A DNA stretch of 64,000 bases from Thermoanaerobaculia bacterium (GTDB lineage: Bacteria > Acidobacteriota > Thermoanaerobaculia > UBA5066). This document shows positions 17,217 to 29,847 of the stretch, one piece after another. The DNA is taken from positions 2,944,001 through 3,008,000 of the forward strand of contig CAVRAY010000001.1 in the NCBI GenBank assembly GCA_963719225.1, written 5' to 3'. How positions within the stretch are numbered: the stretch's first letter is position 1; each line of letters opens with the position of its first letter. Both the position numbers and the translations under genes were made by a program. The notes under the pieces were generated by a model. The model saw only the letters and a list, made by a program, of their open reading frames with translations, was not told the origin of the DNA and made no database searches.

Positions 17217-19085
17217 CTATTTCTTTCTAAGAGAATCTCCCGGTCTTTCCCCCGAGAGCGACTCTTCCGCGTCCGCGTACATCTTGTCGATGACGTCCCT
17301 GTACTTGTCGGCGATCACGCGGCGCTTGATCTTCATCGTGGGCGTCAGCTCGCCGCCCTCGATCGTGAAGTCGTTCGTGAGAAGGCTGAACGCGCGGATC
17401 TGACGCTCGTGAGGCTCGTCGCCGTTCAGGATGTCGATCGCCTGCTTCACGAGAGAGAGGACCTTAGGATTCTTCACGAGCGCGTCGCGGTCCCGGTACT
17501 TCACGCCGGTGGAGAGCGCCCAGGCCTCGAGCTTCTCGAAGTTCGGCACGATGAGCGCCGACAGGAACTTCCGTCGGTCCCCGATGAGGACCGCGGACGA
17601 GACGTACCGCACGGACCGAAGCGCGGCTTCGATCGGCGCCGGTGCGATGTTCTTGCCGTAGGCGTTGATGAGGATCTCTTTCTTGCGGTCGGTGAGAGTG
17701 AGGAACCCGTCCTCGTCGAAGGAGCCGATGTCGCCCGTCAGGAACCATCCATCCGCATCGAAGACGCTCGCGGTCTCTTCCGGCTTCCGCCAGTAGCCGC
17801 CCTCCATCACGTTCGGACCCTTCGCGAGGACCTCGCCGTCCGGGGCGATCTTCAACATGACACCGGGGATCGCGCGCCCGACCGTGCCGAGGCGCCACTC
17901 CCCCGGACGATTGCAGGCGAGAACGGGGCTCGTCTCCGTGAGGCCGTAGCCCTCGTACACCTCGATGCCCGCCGCCCAGAAGAATTCGGCGACGTCGCGC
18001 GAAAGCGGCGCGCCGCCCGAGATCGCAAAGAGAAACCGCCCGCCGAGCCTGGCTTTGATCTTCCCGAAGACGAGCCTGTCCGCGAGCGCGAACTTCGCCC
18101 TCAAGAAGAACCCCGGCGAATTCCCCGCCTCGACGGCCGCGAGACGGCGGAGGCCCGTCGAAACGCCCCAGTTGAAGATCGCCCGGCGCAGCGCCGGAGC
18201 GCTCTCCACCGCCGCCTGGACGCGCATGAGCATCTTTTCGTACACGCGCGGGACGGCGGCAAAGCAATCCGGCTTGATCTCGACGAAATTCTCCGAGAGC
18301 TTGTCGATCGACTCGGCGTACGTGATGGTCGCGGCCCGCGAAAAGAAGAGATAGTCGACCATTCGCTCGAAAACGTGCGAGAGAGGCAGGAAGGACAAGG
18401 CGCTCGTGTCGCCGGTCACGTCGAAGAGGGCGGAGCAGGCGGCGACGTTCGACACGAAGTTCTCGTGCGTCAGGATCGCGCCCTTCGGCTCGCCCGTCGT
18501 GCCCGACGTGTAGATCATCGTCGCGAGATCCCCTGGAAGGACCGAGGACGCGCGTTCCTCGAAAGCCTCCGGATCGGCGCGCAGAGCCGCGAGGCCCTTC
18601 TGGACCACGGTCGCGAAAGGCGTGGCCTTCCCGCCGCTCCAGGGCACGTGGTCGAGAACGATCACGTGCTTGAGCTCCGGGCACCGGTCCCGGACGTCGA
18701 CGACTTTCTGGAGCTCGACGGCGGTCGAGACGACGACGACTTTCGCGAGCGAGTCCCGGAGGATGTACTCGACCTGCGGCGCGAGGTAGCTCGTGTAGAT
18801 CGGCACGCTGAGCGCGCCGAGGGAAAGGGCCGCGAAGTCCGTCATCGGCCACTCGGGACGGTTCTCCGAGAGGATCGCGACGCGGTCGTCCCGGTCGACG
18901 CCGAGGAGCGCGAGCCCCAGCGCGAGGCCCCGGGTGCGCTCTCCGAAGTCCTCCGCCGAGAGGGACGTCCACGTCCCGCCGACCTTCGACACGAGGAGCT
19001 CCGCCTTCCCGCTCGAGGCGGCATATCGAAAATAGTCCAGCAGAGTTTGGGCGGGAAGCGGTTCGAGCACGATCTTCCGATCCAT
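17217..19085 (-). CDS. Long-chain fatty acid-CoA ligase (AMP-dependent synthetase)
   Basis: MIYTSGTTGEPKG, SFLPLSHVFER, EGYGLTETSP, GWFLTGDIG, DRKKEILI. Confidence 0.93.
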   Translation of the reverse strand: MDRKIVLEPLPAQTLLDYFRYAASSGKAELLVSKVGGTWTSLSAEDFGERTRGLALGLALLGVDRDDRVAILSENRPEWPMTDFAALSLGALSVPIYTSYLAPQVEYILRDSLAKVVVVSTAVELQKVVDVRDRCPELKHVIVLDHVPWSGGKATPFATVVQKGLAALRADPEAFEERASSVLPGDLATMIYTSGTTGEPKGAILTHENFVSNVAACSALFDVTGDTSALSFLPLSHVFERMVDYLFFSRAATITYAESIDKLSENFVEIKPDCFAAVPRVYEKMLMRVQAAVESAPALRRAIFNWGVSTGLRRLAAVEAGNSPGFFLRAKFALADRLVFGKIKARLGGRFLFAISGGAPLSRDVAEFFWAAGIEVYEGYGLTETSPVLACNRPGEWRLGTVGRAIPGVMLKIAPDGEVLAKGPNVMEGGYWRKPEETASVFDADGWFLTGDIGSFDEDGFLTLTDRKKEILINAYGKNIAPAPIEAALRSVRYVSSAVLIGDRRKFLSALIVPNFEKLEAWALSTGVKYRDRDALVKNPKVLSLVKQAIDILNGDEPHERQIRAFSLLTNDFTIEGGELTPTMKIKRRVIADKYRDVIDKMYADAEESLSGERPGDSLRKK

Positions 19086-19123
19086 TATGCCGGAGAGGGT
19101 CGGCTCCGGCGGCAGGCGCGGCC

Positions 19124-20329
19124 CTAGAGCGGCCGCACCGAGATCGAGAGGACGTCGGCGCAGCCGCGCTGGATCTCCTCGAGCACCGACGCCTGCGGCG
19201 CCTGTCCCACCTGAATGCTGGCGCACGCGGCTTCCGCGCCCGCGAAGACGACGTTTTCCGTCTGCTCGACGTTGATCCCGGCCGCGCGGAGGACGCCGAA
19301 CACGTGCGCGAGGACGCCGACGCGGTCGCGATGCCGGACGGACAGGACGTGCGTCGCCGGCGTGCGGCTCGCGAGGTTGACGGCGTTCGGAACCTCCCCC
19401 GTCGAAGCGAAGGCGGCGACGATCCGCACGGCCTCGGCCGCGATTGCGTTCTGCGCCTGGTCCGTCGAGGCGCCCACGTGGTGCGTGCCGATGACGCCGG
19501 GGAGGAGCGCGATGGTGTCCTCGAACGGACCGGTGCCGCCCGCCGGCTCCTTCGCGAAGACGTCGAGTCCGGCTCGAAGCCCCTTCTCGGCGATCGCGGC
19601 CTCGAGGGCGGGCTGGTCGACGACCTCGCCGCGGCTCGTGTTCACGAAGAAGGAGCCCGGCTTCATCGCCGCGAAGAACTTCGCGTCGAGCATGCTTTTC
19701 GTCTCCTTCGTGAGCGCACAATGCACCGTGACGACATCGGACGCGGCCGCGAGCGCGTGAATCGAGTCGGCGCGCGCGATGCCGAGCCGGGAGGCGCGGT
19801 CGTCGTCCAGGGACCGGCTCCACGCGACGACCGGCATCCCGAACGCTTTCGCGCGCGTCACGACCTCGAGCCCGATCGATCCGAGGCCGATCACCCCGAG
19901 CGTGCGTCCGGCGAGACCCCGGGCCTTCTGGTACTCGGCCTTGTTCCACACTCTGTTGCGCAGGTCCACCGCTTCCTCGACGAGGCGCCGGTCGAGCGCG
20001 AGGATGAGGCCCCACGTCAGCTCGGCGACCGCGATCGCGTTCTTGCCCGGGCAGTTCGAGACCGCGATGGCCCGGGTGGAAGCCGCCGGAAGGTCGATCG
20101 TGTTCACGCCCGCGCCCGCGCGGACGATCAGCGCGAGACCGGAGGCCTTTTCCATCTCCTGGGCACCGACTTTCGTCGACCTCACGACAAGCACCTCGGC
20201 ACCGGTCTCGGCGAGTCGCGCGGCGAGAGAGGGACCCTCGAGCTTCGGCTCGTAGAGCACTTCGCAGCCGAGGGCTTTGAGGCCGGCGAGACCCGACTCC
20301 TCGAACTTGTCAGCGACGAGCACTTTCAT
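19124..20329 (-). CDS. serA: D-3-phosphoglycerate dehydrogenase with C-terminal ACT domain
   Basis: RAGAGVNTID, GVIGLGSIG, NTSRGEVVD, HHVGASTDQAQ, ACT motif HRDRVGVLA; next to DUF1015. Confidence 0.8.
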   Translation of the reverse strand: MKVLVADKFEESGLAGLKALGCEVLYEPKLEGPSLAARLAETGAEVLVVRSTKVGAQEMEKASGLALIVRAGAGVNTIDLPAASTRAIAVSNCPGKNAIAVAELTWGLILALDRRLVEEAVDLRNRVWNKAEYQKARGLAGRTLGVIGLGSIGLEVVTRAKAFGMPVVAWSRSLDDDRASRLGIARADSIHALAAASDVVTVHCALTKETKSMLDAKFFAAMKPGSFFVNTSRGEVVDQPALEAAIAEKGLRAGLDVFAKEPAGGTGPFEDTIALLPGVIGTHHVGASTDQAQNAIAAEAVRIVAAFASTGEVPNAVNLASRTPATHVLSVRHRDRVGVLAHVFGVLRAAGINVEQTENVVFAGAEAACASIQVGQAPQASVLEEIQRGCADVLSISVRPL

Positions 20330-20337
20330 GGCGGACC

Positions 20338-21567
20338 TCAGAATCGGTGAACGAACAGGCCGGAGCGCAGCTTCGGCTCGAACCACGTGGACTTCGGCGG
20401 CATCGTGACCCCTGCGTCCGCGATCGCCATGACCTCGGCGAGGGACGTCGGGAACATCGCGAACGCGACGGCTCCCCGCCCCGAGCGCACGCGCTCCTCG
20501 AGCTCCCCCGTGCCGCGGATCCCACCGACGAAGTCGACGCGCGGGTCGGTGCGGGGATCGCCGATGCCGAGGACGGGCCCGAGGAGACGGTCCTGGAGAA
20601 TCGAAACGTCCAGAGATTCAATGGGATCTGAAACCGCAATCGGCTCGCTCGGTGTCAGGGTCTGCCAATTTTCTTCGAAGAACATGGAGAACTCGCCTTT
20701 TCGCGACGGCGAAGCAGCAGAAGCGGGCGCAATCGAAAACCTCTTTCTCACACCTTCTAAGAAATCCCCGGTCGTCTTCCCCCCCAGGTCTTTCACGACC
20801 CGGTTGTACGGAAGGATGGCGAGCTGGTCGTCCGGGAAGATCGCCGCGGGAAACCAGTTGACCGGATGCTCGTCCGGAAGAGTCCCGACCTTTCCTTTCA
20901 CGGCCTGGCGTGCGCGCGCGGCCGACGCGCAGCGGTGATGGCCGTCGGCGACGTAGAGAAAGGGCACGGATGCGAAGGACGCGACGAAGAACGCGGCGTC
21001 GCCCTCCGGCACGATCCAGAGGGTGTGTCTCACGCCGTCCGGAGCCTCGAAGTCGAACTCGGGAGCCGCCGCGGTCACGCGGGCGACGCGGCCGTCGATC
21101 GAGTCCGCCGCCCGATAGGTCAGGAACACCGGCTCGGCGTGGGCCGACTGCGCGAGCAGATGCCGGACGCGGTCGTCTTCCTTGTCGGGACGCGTCTTCT
21201 CGTGCTTGCGGATGACGTCCGCGTCGTAGTCGTCCACCGAGCACGCGGCGACGACGCCGTCCTGAGTGCGCCCTCTCCACGTCTGGCGGTAGACGAGGAG
21301 ACGGGGGACGGCGTCGCTCTCGAGGGTGCCGTTCGCGTAAAAGGCGTCGAGGTTCTCGCGCCCCTTCGCGTAGACGGCGTCGGAATGGATGTCGACGTTC
21401 TCCGGCAGGTCGATCTCCGGGCGGCAGACGTGCAGGAACGACAACGGGTTTCCGGCCGCGAGCGCGCGGGCCTCGGGCGTGTCCACGACGTCGTAGGGGA
21501 CGGATGCGACGCGCGCCGCGAGCTTGCGGGGGGGCCGGCCGGAGGGGAAAGGACGGATGCGAGCCAT
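20338..21567 (-). CDS. DUF1015 family protein
   Basis: ASVPYDVV, IRKHEKTRPDKEDDR, YVADGHHRCASA, MPPKSTWFEPKLRSGL. Confidence 0.93.
   Translation of the reverse strand: MARIRPFPSGRPPRKLAARVASVPYDVVDTPEARALAAGNPLSFLHVCRPEIDLPENVDIHSDAVYAKGRENLDAFYANGTLESDAVPRLLVYRQTWRGRTQDGVVAACSVDDYDADVIRKHEKTRPDKEDDRVRHLLAQSAHAEPVFLTYRAADSIDGRVARVTAAAPEFDFEAPDGVRHTLWIVPEGDAAFFVASFASVPFLYVADGHHRCASAARARQAVKGKVGTLPDEHPVNWFPAAIFPDDQLAILPYNRVVKDLGGKTTGDFLEGVRKRFSIAPASAASPSRKGEFSMFFEENWQTLTPSEPIAVSDPIESLDVSILQDRLLGPVLGIGDPRTDPRVDFVGGIRGTGELEERVRSGRGAVAFAMFPTSLAEVMAIADAGVTMPPKSTWFEPKLRSGLFVHRF
20751..20775 (+). repeat. Dispersed motif CACCTTCTAAGAAATCCCC, in the DUF1015 gene
   Basis: 24 of 25 nt identical to 49139-49163; read as TTGDFLEG on the minus strand. 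Confidence 0.8.
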
Positions 21568-21659
21568 GGGCGAAGTATCCCCCAGCCCGGGTCTTGCGCG
21601 GGGTGAGCGTGCTAGACTTTCCCATCGATCGGACCCGCCACTGAAAGGAAATTCCGGGA

Positions 21660-21932
21660 ATGAAACTGTACGTCGGCAATCTCTCTTACGGTGTGAACGA
21701 TGCCTCCCTCCGGGCCCTCTTCGAACCCCATGGAGCCGTCGAATCGGCCACGGTCGTCGCGGATCGCGAGTCGGGCCGCTCCAAGGGATTCGGCTTCGTC
21801 GAGATGAGCGACGCGGACGCCCAGAAGGCCATCCAGGCGCTCAACGGGTCGCAGCACGACGGTCGCACGATCCGCGTGAACGAGGCCCGTCCGAAGACCG
21901 ACGAGCCGCGCGGACCCCGCGGACCCCGCTGA
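21660..21932 (+). CDS. RRM (RNP-1) RNA-binding protein
   Basis: KLYVGNLSY (RNP2), GRSKGFGFVEM (RNP1), IRVNEARP. Confidence 0.95.
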   Translation: MKLYVGNLSYGVNDASLRALFEPHGAVESATVVADRESGRSKGFGFVEMSDADAQKAIQALNGSQHDGRTIRVNEARPKTDEPRGPRGPR

Positions 21933-21972
21933 GCAGGCGCGGGTTGCGGGTCCCCCGGAGGGCACCCGCGAC

Positions 21973-23679
21973 ATGACTCGTTTCTTTCGGGCTGCGGCCC
22001 TGCCGGCCGCGGCCCTTTTTCTTTTCGCCGGAGCCGCGCCTTCCGGGGACGACCTCGTGTTCACCGGCGGACGCGTCGTCGACGGATCGGGGAAAGCGGC
22101 ATTCCGGGGAGACGTCGCCGTAAGGGACGGCCGCATCTCCGGAGTCGGGAACCTCGCACCGGATCGGATCGCCCGTGCCCGCCGCCGGATCGATGCGACC
22201 GGCCTCGTCATCGCGCCGGGGTTCATCGACCTCCTCGGGCAGTCCGAATACAACGCCCTCGTCGACCGGCGCGCGGCCTCCAAGATCACACAGGGAATCA
22301 CCTCCGAGGTCACGGGAGAAGGCGAGTCCATCGCGCCCCTCGACGAAACGCTGCTCAAGTCCAATGAAGACACGTACCGCCATTACGGCCTCAGGCCGGA
22401 CTGGTCGTCGCTCCTCACGTACTTCATGAGGTTCCGTCGGACTCCGCCCACGATCAATCTCGGCACTTTCGTCGGCCTCGGGGGAATCCGGCGGATGGTC
22501 ATCGGGACCGACGACCGGCGAGCCGGCCCGAGCGAGCTCGAACGGATGAAGGCGCTCGTCGCACAGGCCATGGAAGACGGCGCGCTCGGAGTTTCCACGT
22601 CGCTTCAGTACGTGCCCGACCTCTACAACTCGACGGAGGAGATCATCGCCTGCGCGAAGGTCGCGGCCTCACGTGGAGGCGTGTACTTCACGCACCAGCG
22701 TTCCGAGGGAAACCGGATCGACACCTCGCTCGCCGAGGTGTTCCGAATCGCCCGCGAAGCCCGCATCCCGGCGAACGTGTGGCACCTGAAGACGGCCTAC
22801 CGGCGCAACTGGGGATCGATGCCGAGGATTCTCGCCGCGTTCAAGGCCGCGCGCGCCTCGGGGCTGGACGTCGCGGCGAATCAGTATCCCTGGAACGCGG
22901 GCTCGAACGGGTTGGACGCGTGCCTCCCGCCGTGGGTGCGCCAGGGCGGCCGCGAGAGGCTGCTGGCGCGCCTGCGCGACCCGGAGGCGCGTGTTCGCAT
23001 CCGGAACGAGATGGCCGAGGATGCCGAGTCCTGGGAGAACCAGTGGTTCGGCTCGGGCGGCGGGACCGGCGTCATGCTCGCCGCCGTTCTCAGCCCCGAG
23101 CTCAAGAAATACGAGGGCGGGACGCTCCAGGAAATCGGCGCGCTCATGAAGAAGGATCCGCGCGACGCGCTGATGGACATCGTGCTCGCCGATCGCGCGA
23201 ACGCGCAGTGCATCATCTTCATGATGCGAGAGGACGACGTGCGGGCTGCCTTGAAAGATCCTTTCGTCGGCTTCTGCACGGATTCCGGAGCGGCGGCCAT
23301 CGACGGGATTTACTCGGAAGAGAGGTCGCACCCCCGCGCCTGGGCATCCACGGCGCGCATCCTCGCCACGTACGTGCGCGACGAGAGGCTCATTCCGCTC
23401 GAAGAGGCGGTGAGGAAGATGACCTCGTTCTCCGCCGCTCGCGCCGGGCTCCGGAATCGCGGCCTTCTGAAGGCGGGGCTGGCCGGTGACGTCGTCGCCT
23501 TCGATCTCGGCCGCGTGAAGGCCGTCTCCACGTATGCCGACCCGCTGCACTATTCCGAGGGGTTCCCGTACGTCGCCGTCAACGGCGTCCTCGTCGTCGA
23601 CGCGGGGAAAATCACGGCGGAACGACCGGGCCAGCCGCTTCTCGGCCCGGGCGCGACGCGGGCTGCTACCGCGCGGTGA
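21973..23679 (+). CDS. N-acyl-D-amino-acid deacylase (amidohydrolase family), exported
   Basis: Signal peptide; GRVVDGSG, APGFID, QGITSEV, HPRAW, LEEAVRKMTS. Confidence 0.88.
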   Translation: MTRFFRAAALPAAALFLFAGAAPSGDDLVFTGGRVVDGSGKAAFRGDVAVRDGRISGVGNLAPDRIARARRRIDATGLVIAPGFIDLLGQSEYNALVDRRAASKITQGITSEVTGEGESIAPLDETLLKSNEDTYRHYGLRPDWSSLLTYFMRFRRTPPTINLGTFVGLGGIRRMVIGTDDRRAGPSELERMKALVAQAMEDGALGVSTSLQYVPDLYNSTEEIIACAKVAASRGGVYFTHQRSEGNRIDTSLAEVFRIAREARIPANVWHLKTAYRRNWGSMPRILAAFKAARASGLDVAANQYPWNAGSNGLDACLPPWVRQGGRERLLARLRDPEARVRIRNEMAEDAESWENQWFGSGGGTGVMLAAVLSPELKKYEGGTLQEIGALMKKDPRDALMDIVLADRANAQCIIFMMREDDVRAALKDPFVGFCTDSGAAAIDGIYSEERSHPRAWASTARILATYVRDERLIPLEEAVRKMTSFSAARAGLRNRGLLKAGLAGDVVAFDLGRVKAVSTYADPLHYSEGFPYVAVNGVLVVDAGKITAERPGQPLLGPGATRAATAR

Positions 23680-24610
23680 TGACCGCGCCCTCGATCATGA
23701 GCGAGCCGAGGTCGGACACAGGGGATTCGGCGGGCGCCTTGCGCCACTTCCTGAGAAGCTCGACGACGCTGTCGCCGATCCTGAGGAGGTTCTCGCGGCT
23801 GGATCCGCCGAGGTGCGGCGTCATGAGGACGTTCGGCGCGGACAACAGCGGGCTGTTCGGATCTGGCGGATCGCTCAGGAAAACGTCCGTCGCGTAGGCG
23901 CGCACCTTCCCCGACGCGAGAGCCGCGGCGAGATCGGACTCCACGACGATCGAGCCGCGGGCGGTGTTCACGATCACGACGCCGCTCTTCATCCTGGCGA
24001 GCGTGTGCCCGTTCACGAGGCCGCGCGTCTCCGTCGTGGCCGGCACGTGGAAGCTGATGAAATCGGAGCGCAGGAAGAGCTCGTCGAGGTCGTCCACGAG
24101 CTCGGCGAGGGCATGATTCGCGATGTGCGGGTCGTAGGCGATGACCTTCATCCCGAAGGCCTGGGCCCGCCGCGCGACCTCCGTGCCGATCAGGCCGGCG
24201 CCGACGAGTCCGAGCGTCTTCCCGAAGAGCTCGGTGCGCTTGAGCTCCTTCTTGAGGAAGCGGCCCTGCTTGAGGCCGGTGTGTCCCTCGACGAGGCGGC
24301 TCGGAACCGCGAGAAGGAGCGCCATGGTGAGCTCCGCCACGGCGACCGACGATGCGCGCGGCGTGTTCTTCACGTCGATCCCGCGCTCGCGGCAGGCCTG
24401 GATATCGACGTTGTCGAGGCCGACCCCGCCGCGGATCACGAGCTTCAGGTTCGGCGCGCCGTTCAGGAACTCGTTCGTCACCTTCGTTTTCGACCGTACG
24501 AGGACGACTTCGGCATCCTTGAGACGCGCGGGGTCGGTCAGCACCTCCCCGAACGTGGCGAGGCGGCCGGGAAGTGACTCGTCGAAGGCGTCCGCAATCA
24601 GGATCTTCAT
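23666..24610 (-). CDS. D-isomer-specific 2-hydroxyacid dehydrogenase (PGDH-like, no ACT domain)
   Basis: RGGVGLDNVD, GLVGAGLIG, NTARG, TPHLGGS. Confidence 0.9.
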   Translation of the reverse strand: MKILIADAFDESLPGRLATFGEVLTDPARLKDAEVVLVRSKTKVTNEFLNGAPNLKLVIRGGVGLDNVDIQACRERGIDVKNTPRASSVAVAELTMALLLAVPSRLVEGHTGLKQGRFLKKELKRTELFGKTLGLVGAGLIGTEVARRAQAFGMKVIAYDPHIANHALAELVDDLDELFLRSDFISFHVPATTETRGLVNGHTLARMKSGVVIVNTARGSIVVESDLAAALASGKVRAYATDVFLSDPPDPNSPLLSAPNVLMTPHLGGSSRENLLRIGDSVVELLRKWRKAPAESPVSDLGSLMIEGAVITAR

Positions 24611-24737
24611 GGAAATCCTCCCTTCGTGCAGGACGATCCTCGTCAGGCGGGCTGCGGGACCACCCCCTCACAAGCTGCAGGCAGCGACGGCGTCGAACCA
24701 TGATGCGCCGGTATCAGGCGGATCGAACGAGCGGCAC

Positions 24738-26260
24738 TCAGCGATTCGACGCGGCCCGAACGCGCGCTTCGGCGTACGCGAGGAGCCGGGCCGAGTCAGG
24801 GTCCGTGGGGGAAAGCCGCGCCGCTTCGCGCGCCCAGGAAAGGGCTTTCGCGGGTTCGTCGCGCGCGACGTACCCCGCCGCCGAACGGACGAGCAGTCGG
24901 GGAATCATCGGTGACAAGGGGGGAAGCCCCATCGCGCGCCGGAGGAGCCAGGGCGACACGGAAGCCGCGGCATCGGGAGGAGGCTCTCCTTCCACGACGC
25001 CGTGCCTCAGCCACGGCCGGCGCAGTTCGAGGGCGGCGATGTTGCGCGCGGCGAGCCACGCGTGGCCCACGATGGGACTGAGCGTGGGAATCGTCGAGAC
25101 CCGAACCGGCCCGGGCGCCGGCCACGAGATGCCGGGAGGAGGACGCAGGAGCTCCGCGTAGCCGATCCAGGCCCCCGGCGCGTGGAGTACGCCGAGGACG
25201 TTGACGGCAACACCCACCGCGAACGCAGCGGCCACCGCGCGGCGCGGCGCGTGAACGGCCGGCGCGCAGACGAGCGGCAGGACCGGCAGGAGAAGACGCG
25301 GGCCCCATGCGGTTCCTCCCTCCCACCACGACCAGCGGGCGACGACGAGAATGTGTGCGGTGGGAATGGCGAAGAGAAGAAGACGCGCGGGCAGCGCAAG
25401 TCGGCGCCATCCGAAGGCGGCGAGGACAACGACGGGCGCGTAGAAGACCAGGCCCTTCCCGGGCGAGACGAGAAGGCCGACAAGACCCGTCGCGAGAGGC
25501 GTCGAGAAGCGGAGGGCGAGGCCACCGTAGCCGACGTCCCACACGCTCCCGCGCAACGCGTTTGCGGCGAGCTGCAGCACAATCGCAGCGCCGAAGCACG
25601 AGACGATCCGCAACACGGGCGCCGCCTGGCGGCGCGGGCCGAGGGCAGCGGCCAGCACGAACAATGGCACGGTGAGCCACAGGACCGGCTTCAGGAGGCA
25701 GGCGCAGCTCCAGAGCGCGGCAGCCCTCACCCCCGCCCGGGTCCCTCCCCGGATCAGCACCGCAGCGCCGACGGCGAGCGCCGCTCCCGCGAACGGCTCC
25801 ATGAACGAGTCGGCGGCGTACGGCCAGAGGAAGGTGCCGGCGACGAAGGCCGGCGCCCAGAGGCGGGAAGCCGATGGCTCGAGCGCGCGCACGAGACGAC
25901 CGAAGGCCCAGCCGCAGAGGATGGCGCCCATCGTCCAGAGGAGAGCGGCCGCTGCGTCGAGCCCGCGGGCACCGAGCAGAGCCCTGAGGAGCCACGCGGG
26001 AGCCAAGACGACGAGCGCCAGGCACGTCGGGAAAATCCCGTACATCGAATGAGTCGCCGAGAGGCCCGCTGTTGCGGCTTCTCCGGAGGGCATCCGCCCG
26101 TATGCCGCCTCGCCGCGGATCAGGACCCCGAGCGCCTCGGAGATCACTTCAGCCCCGTCGGACGTATTGACGCTTCGAGCGACGAACGCACACATGCAGA
26201 CGAGCATCAGGAGCGCCAGGGCCGCGCCGCGGGACCTCAGCCCGTCCCGTAGGGCTTCCT

Positions 26261-26264
<4 letters not shown>
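24738..26264 (-). CDS. Polytopic membrane protein, probable GT-C-fold glycosyltransferase
   Basis: TSDG, HSMYG, LLVSPGKGLVFYAP, WSWWEGGTAWGPRLLLP; paralog of 14048-16009. Confidence 0.65.
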
Positions 26265-28200
<1,936 letters not shown>

Positions 28201-28204
<4 letters not shown>

Positions 28205-29350
28205 CCCGGCCACGGGTCCTCCTCCGTCTCCTTGAACGAGACTCCCCGCGCCGCAAGCCCGTCCACGAAGGCGGCGAAGAGATCGGGCCTCGTGCCCAGC
28301 AACTCGAGCGGCAGGACGCCCGGATCGAGGAGCGAGCCCGATGCGAGGAGCTTCGCGGCGATGACGCACGGGAACCCCGTCGTCCGCGCCATCGAGGTGG
28401 CGCCCGTCTTCACGTCCGTCCGGTCGAAGAGGTCGTGCACGAGGCGGACCGGCCGGCCGGCGCGCGAGCCGCGAGACTCCACGCGGAGGACGGTGAACTC
28501 CTCCTCCCCGTCGGGTCTCTTCCACTGGGCGAAGAGCAGCGCCTCGGCGACCGCACGCGGTGCCACTCGCGCGCCGCCCGCCTCGACGGGCTCGTCGTGG
28601 AGAAAGCCGCTGTCGCGCAGGAGGCGCATCTTTTCGGCATGCCCCGGCCAGCGCAGCGTCTGCTCGCGCAGGTTTCGCGCCTTCACGGTCTTGAGGACGG
28701 TGCGAAGGCCGTCCGTCAGGAACCCCTCGAGCGTCCCGACGCCCGGCACGTCGAAGCGCGTCACCTCGGACAGCGCGGGCCTGGTGACGATCTGCCCGTC
28801 CTCGACGAGGCGCGCCGGGCGCGTGTACTCCTCGATGACGTCGGTCGCGGAGAACACGATGCGGTACTCCCACGGCGGCACGCGCCGGAACGGGAGTCCG
28901 CCGACCGAGATCACGATCGAGTCGACGACGTCGAGACGGCCGGCCGCGCGCCCGCACGCGAGGTTCGACAGGCCCGGGGAGACGCCGCAATCCACGATCG
29001 CGGCGACGCCCCTCTGCTTCGCGAGGGCGTCCAGCGGCATCGGGTCCTCGGGAGCGAAAGAAATGTCGGCGATGGGCTTGCCGGCATCGATCACCGTCCC
29101 CAGCATCGCGTGGCCGAGGAATCGCAGGCACCGCGCCGACCACGACGTCCGACGGCGCGACCGCCGCGGCGACCGCGGTCGGGCTCGCGAAGTCGAGGCG
29201 AGCCGTCGTGACGCGCGGCCGGCCCGCGAAGTAGCCGAGGGCGTCCTCGGAGCGATCGCAGACGAGAACCTCGAACCGCCCGTCGTCGGCGAGCGTCCGC
29301 GCGATGAGCGAGCCGACGAGTCCGGCTCCGAGGACGGTCACGTGCGTCAT
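28201..29350 (-). pseudogene. Saccharopine dehydrogenase / lysine 6-dehydrogenase family protein with a 1-nt frameshift at about 29124
   Basis: N-terminus MTHVTVLGAGLVG...GAVP is in one frame; FLGHAML...DCGVSPGLSN...TLRWPGH...SMARTTGF is in another. Deleting base 29124 restores GAVPGFLG. May be an assembly error. Confidence 0.8.
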
Positions 29351-29356
29351 GAAGGC

Positions 29357-29759
29357 CTATTTCCGCCCGACGAGGAACATGCCGGCGACGATCAGGAGCG
29401 TCCCGACCCAGCGGTTCGGGCCGACGGACTCGCCGAGAACGAGGGAGGACGCGGCGAGCAGGAAGACGAAGTAGAGGCTCGCCATGACGGGCACCGCGAA
29501 GCTGATCTCGAACCGGGAGAGCGCCGCCAGCCAGACGAGGTTCGTCAAGGCACCTAGCGCATACCCCGCGAGGATCAGGGGCGTCGTGAAGATGCGGCGG
29601 ATGAGCGCGAGCAGCCCCTCGAAGCTGATGCCGATCGGCCCGCCCTTGGAGACGCCGGCCTTGAGGAAGAGCTGGTTCGCGCAGGTCATTGCAGCGACCG
29701 CTACGAGGAGCAGGACGTGAACGCCGTAGCGAGAGAAAACTTCGCCGGTATGACTTCAC
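29357..29759 (-). CDS. Small EamA/SMR-like (ArnE/ArnF-like) membrane transporter; 5' end apparently frameshifted
   Basis: ANQLFLKAG...WLAALSRFEISFAVP...LVLGESV...WVGTLLIVAG. The RBS-preceded GTG at 29759 is one base out of frame with the body (ATG 29689). Confidence 0.7.
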
Positions 29760-29847
29760 CGTTCTTCCTCCTCCGCCCGCCGTCGAGGGGCCGGCATCAT
29801 CTTGCCACGGCGTGCCTGCGGGACCAGATGCGATACTGCGGCGCCGC

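Noticed and set aside
21905-21932. Short tandem repeat encoding PRGPRGPR
   Set aside because: Ordinary low-complexity tail of RRM proteins.
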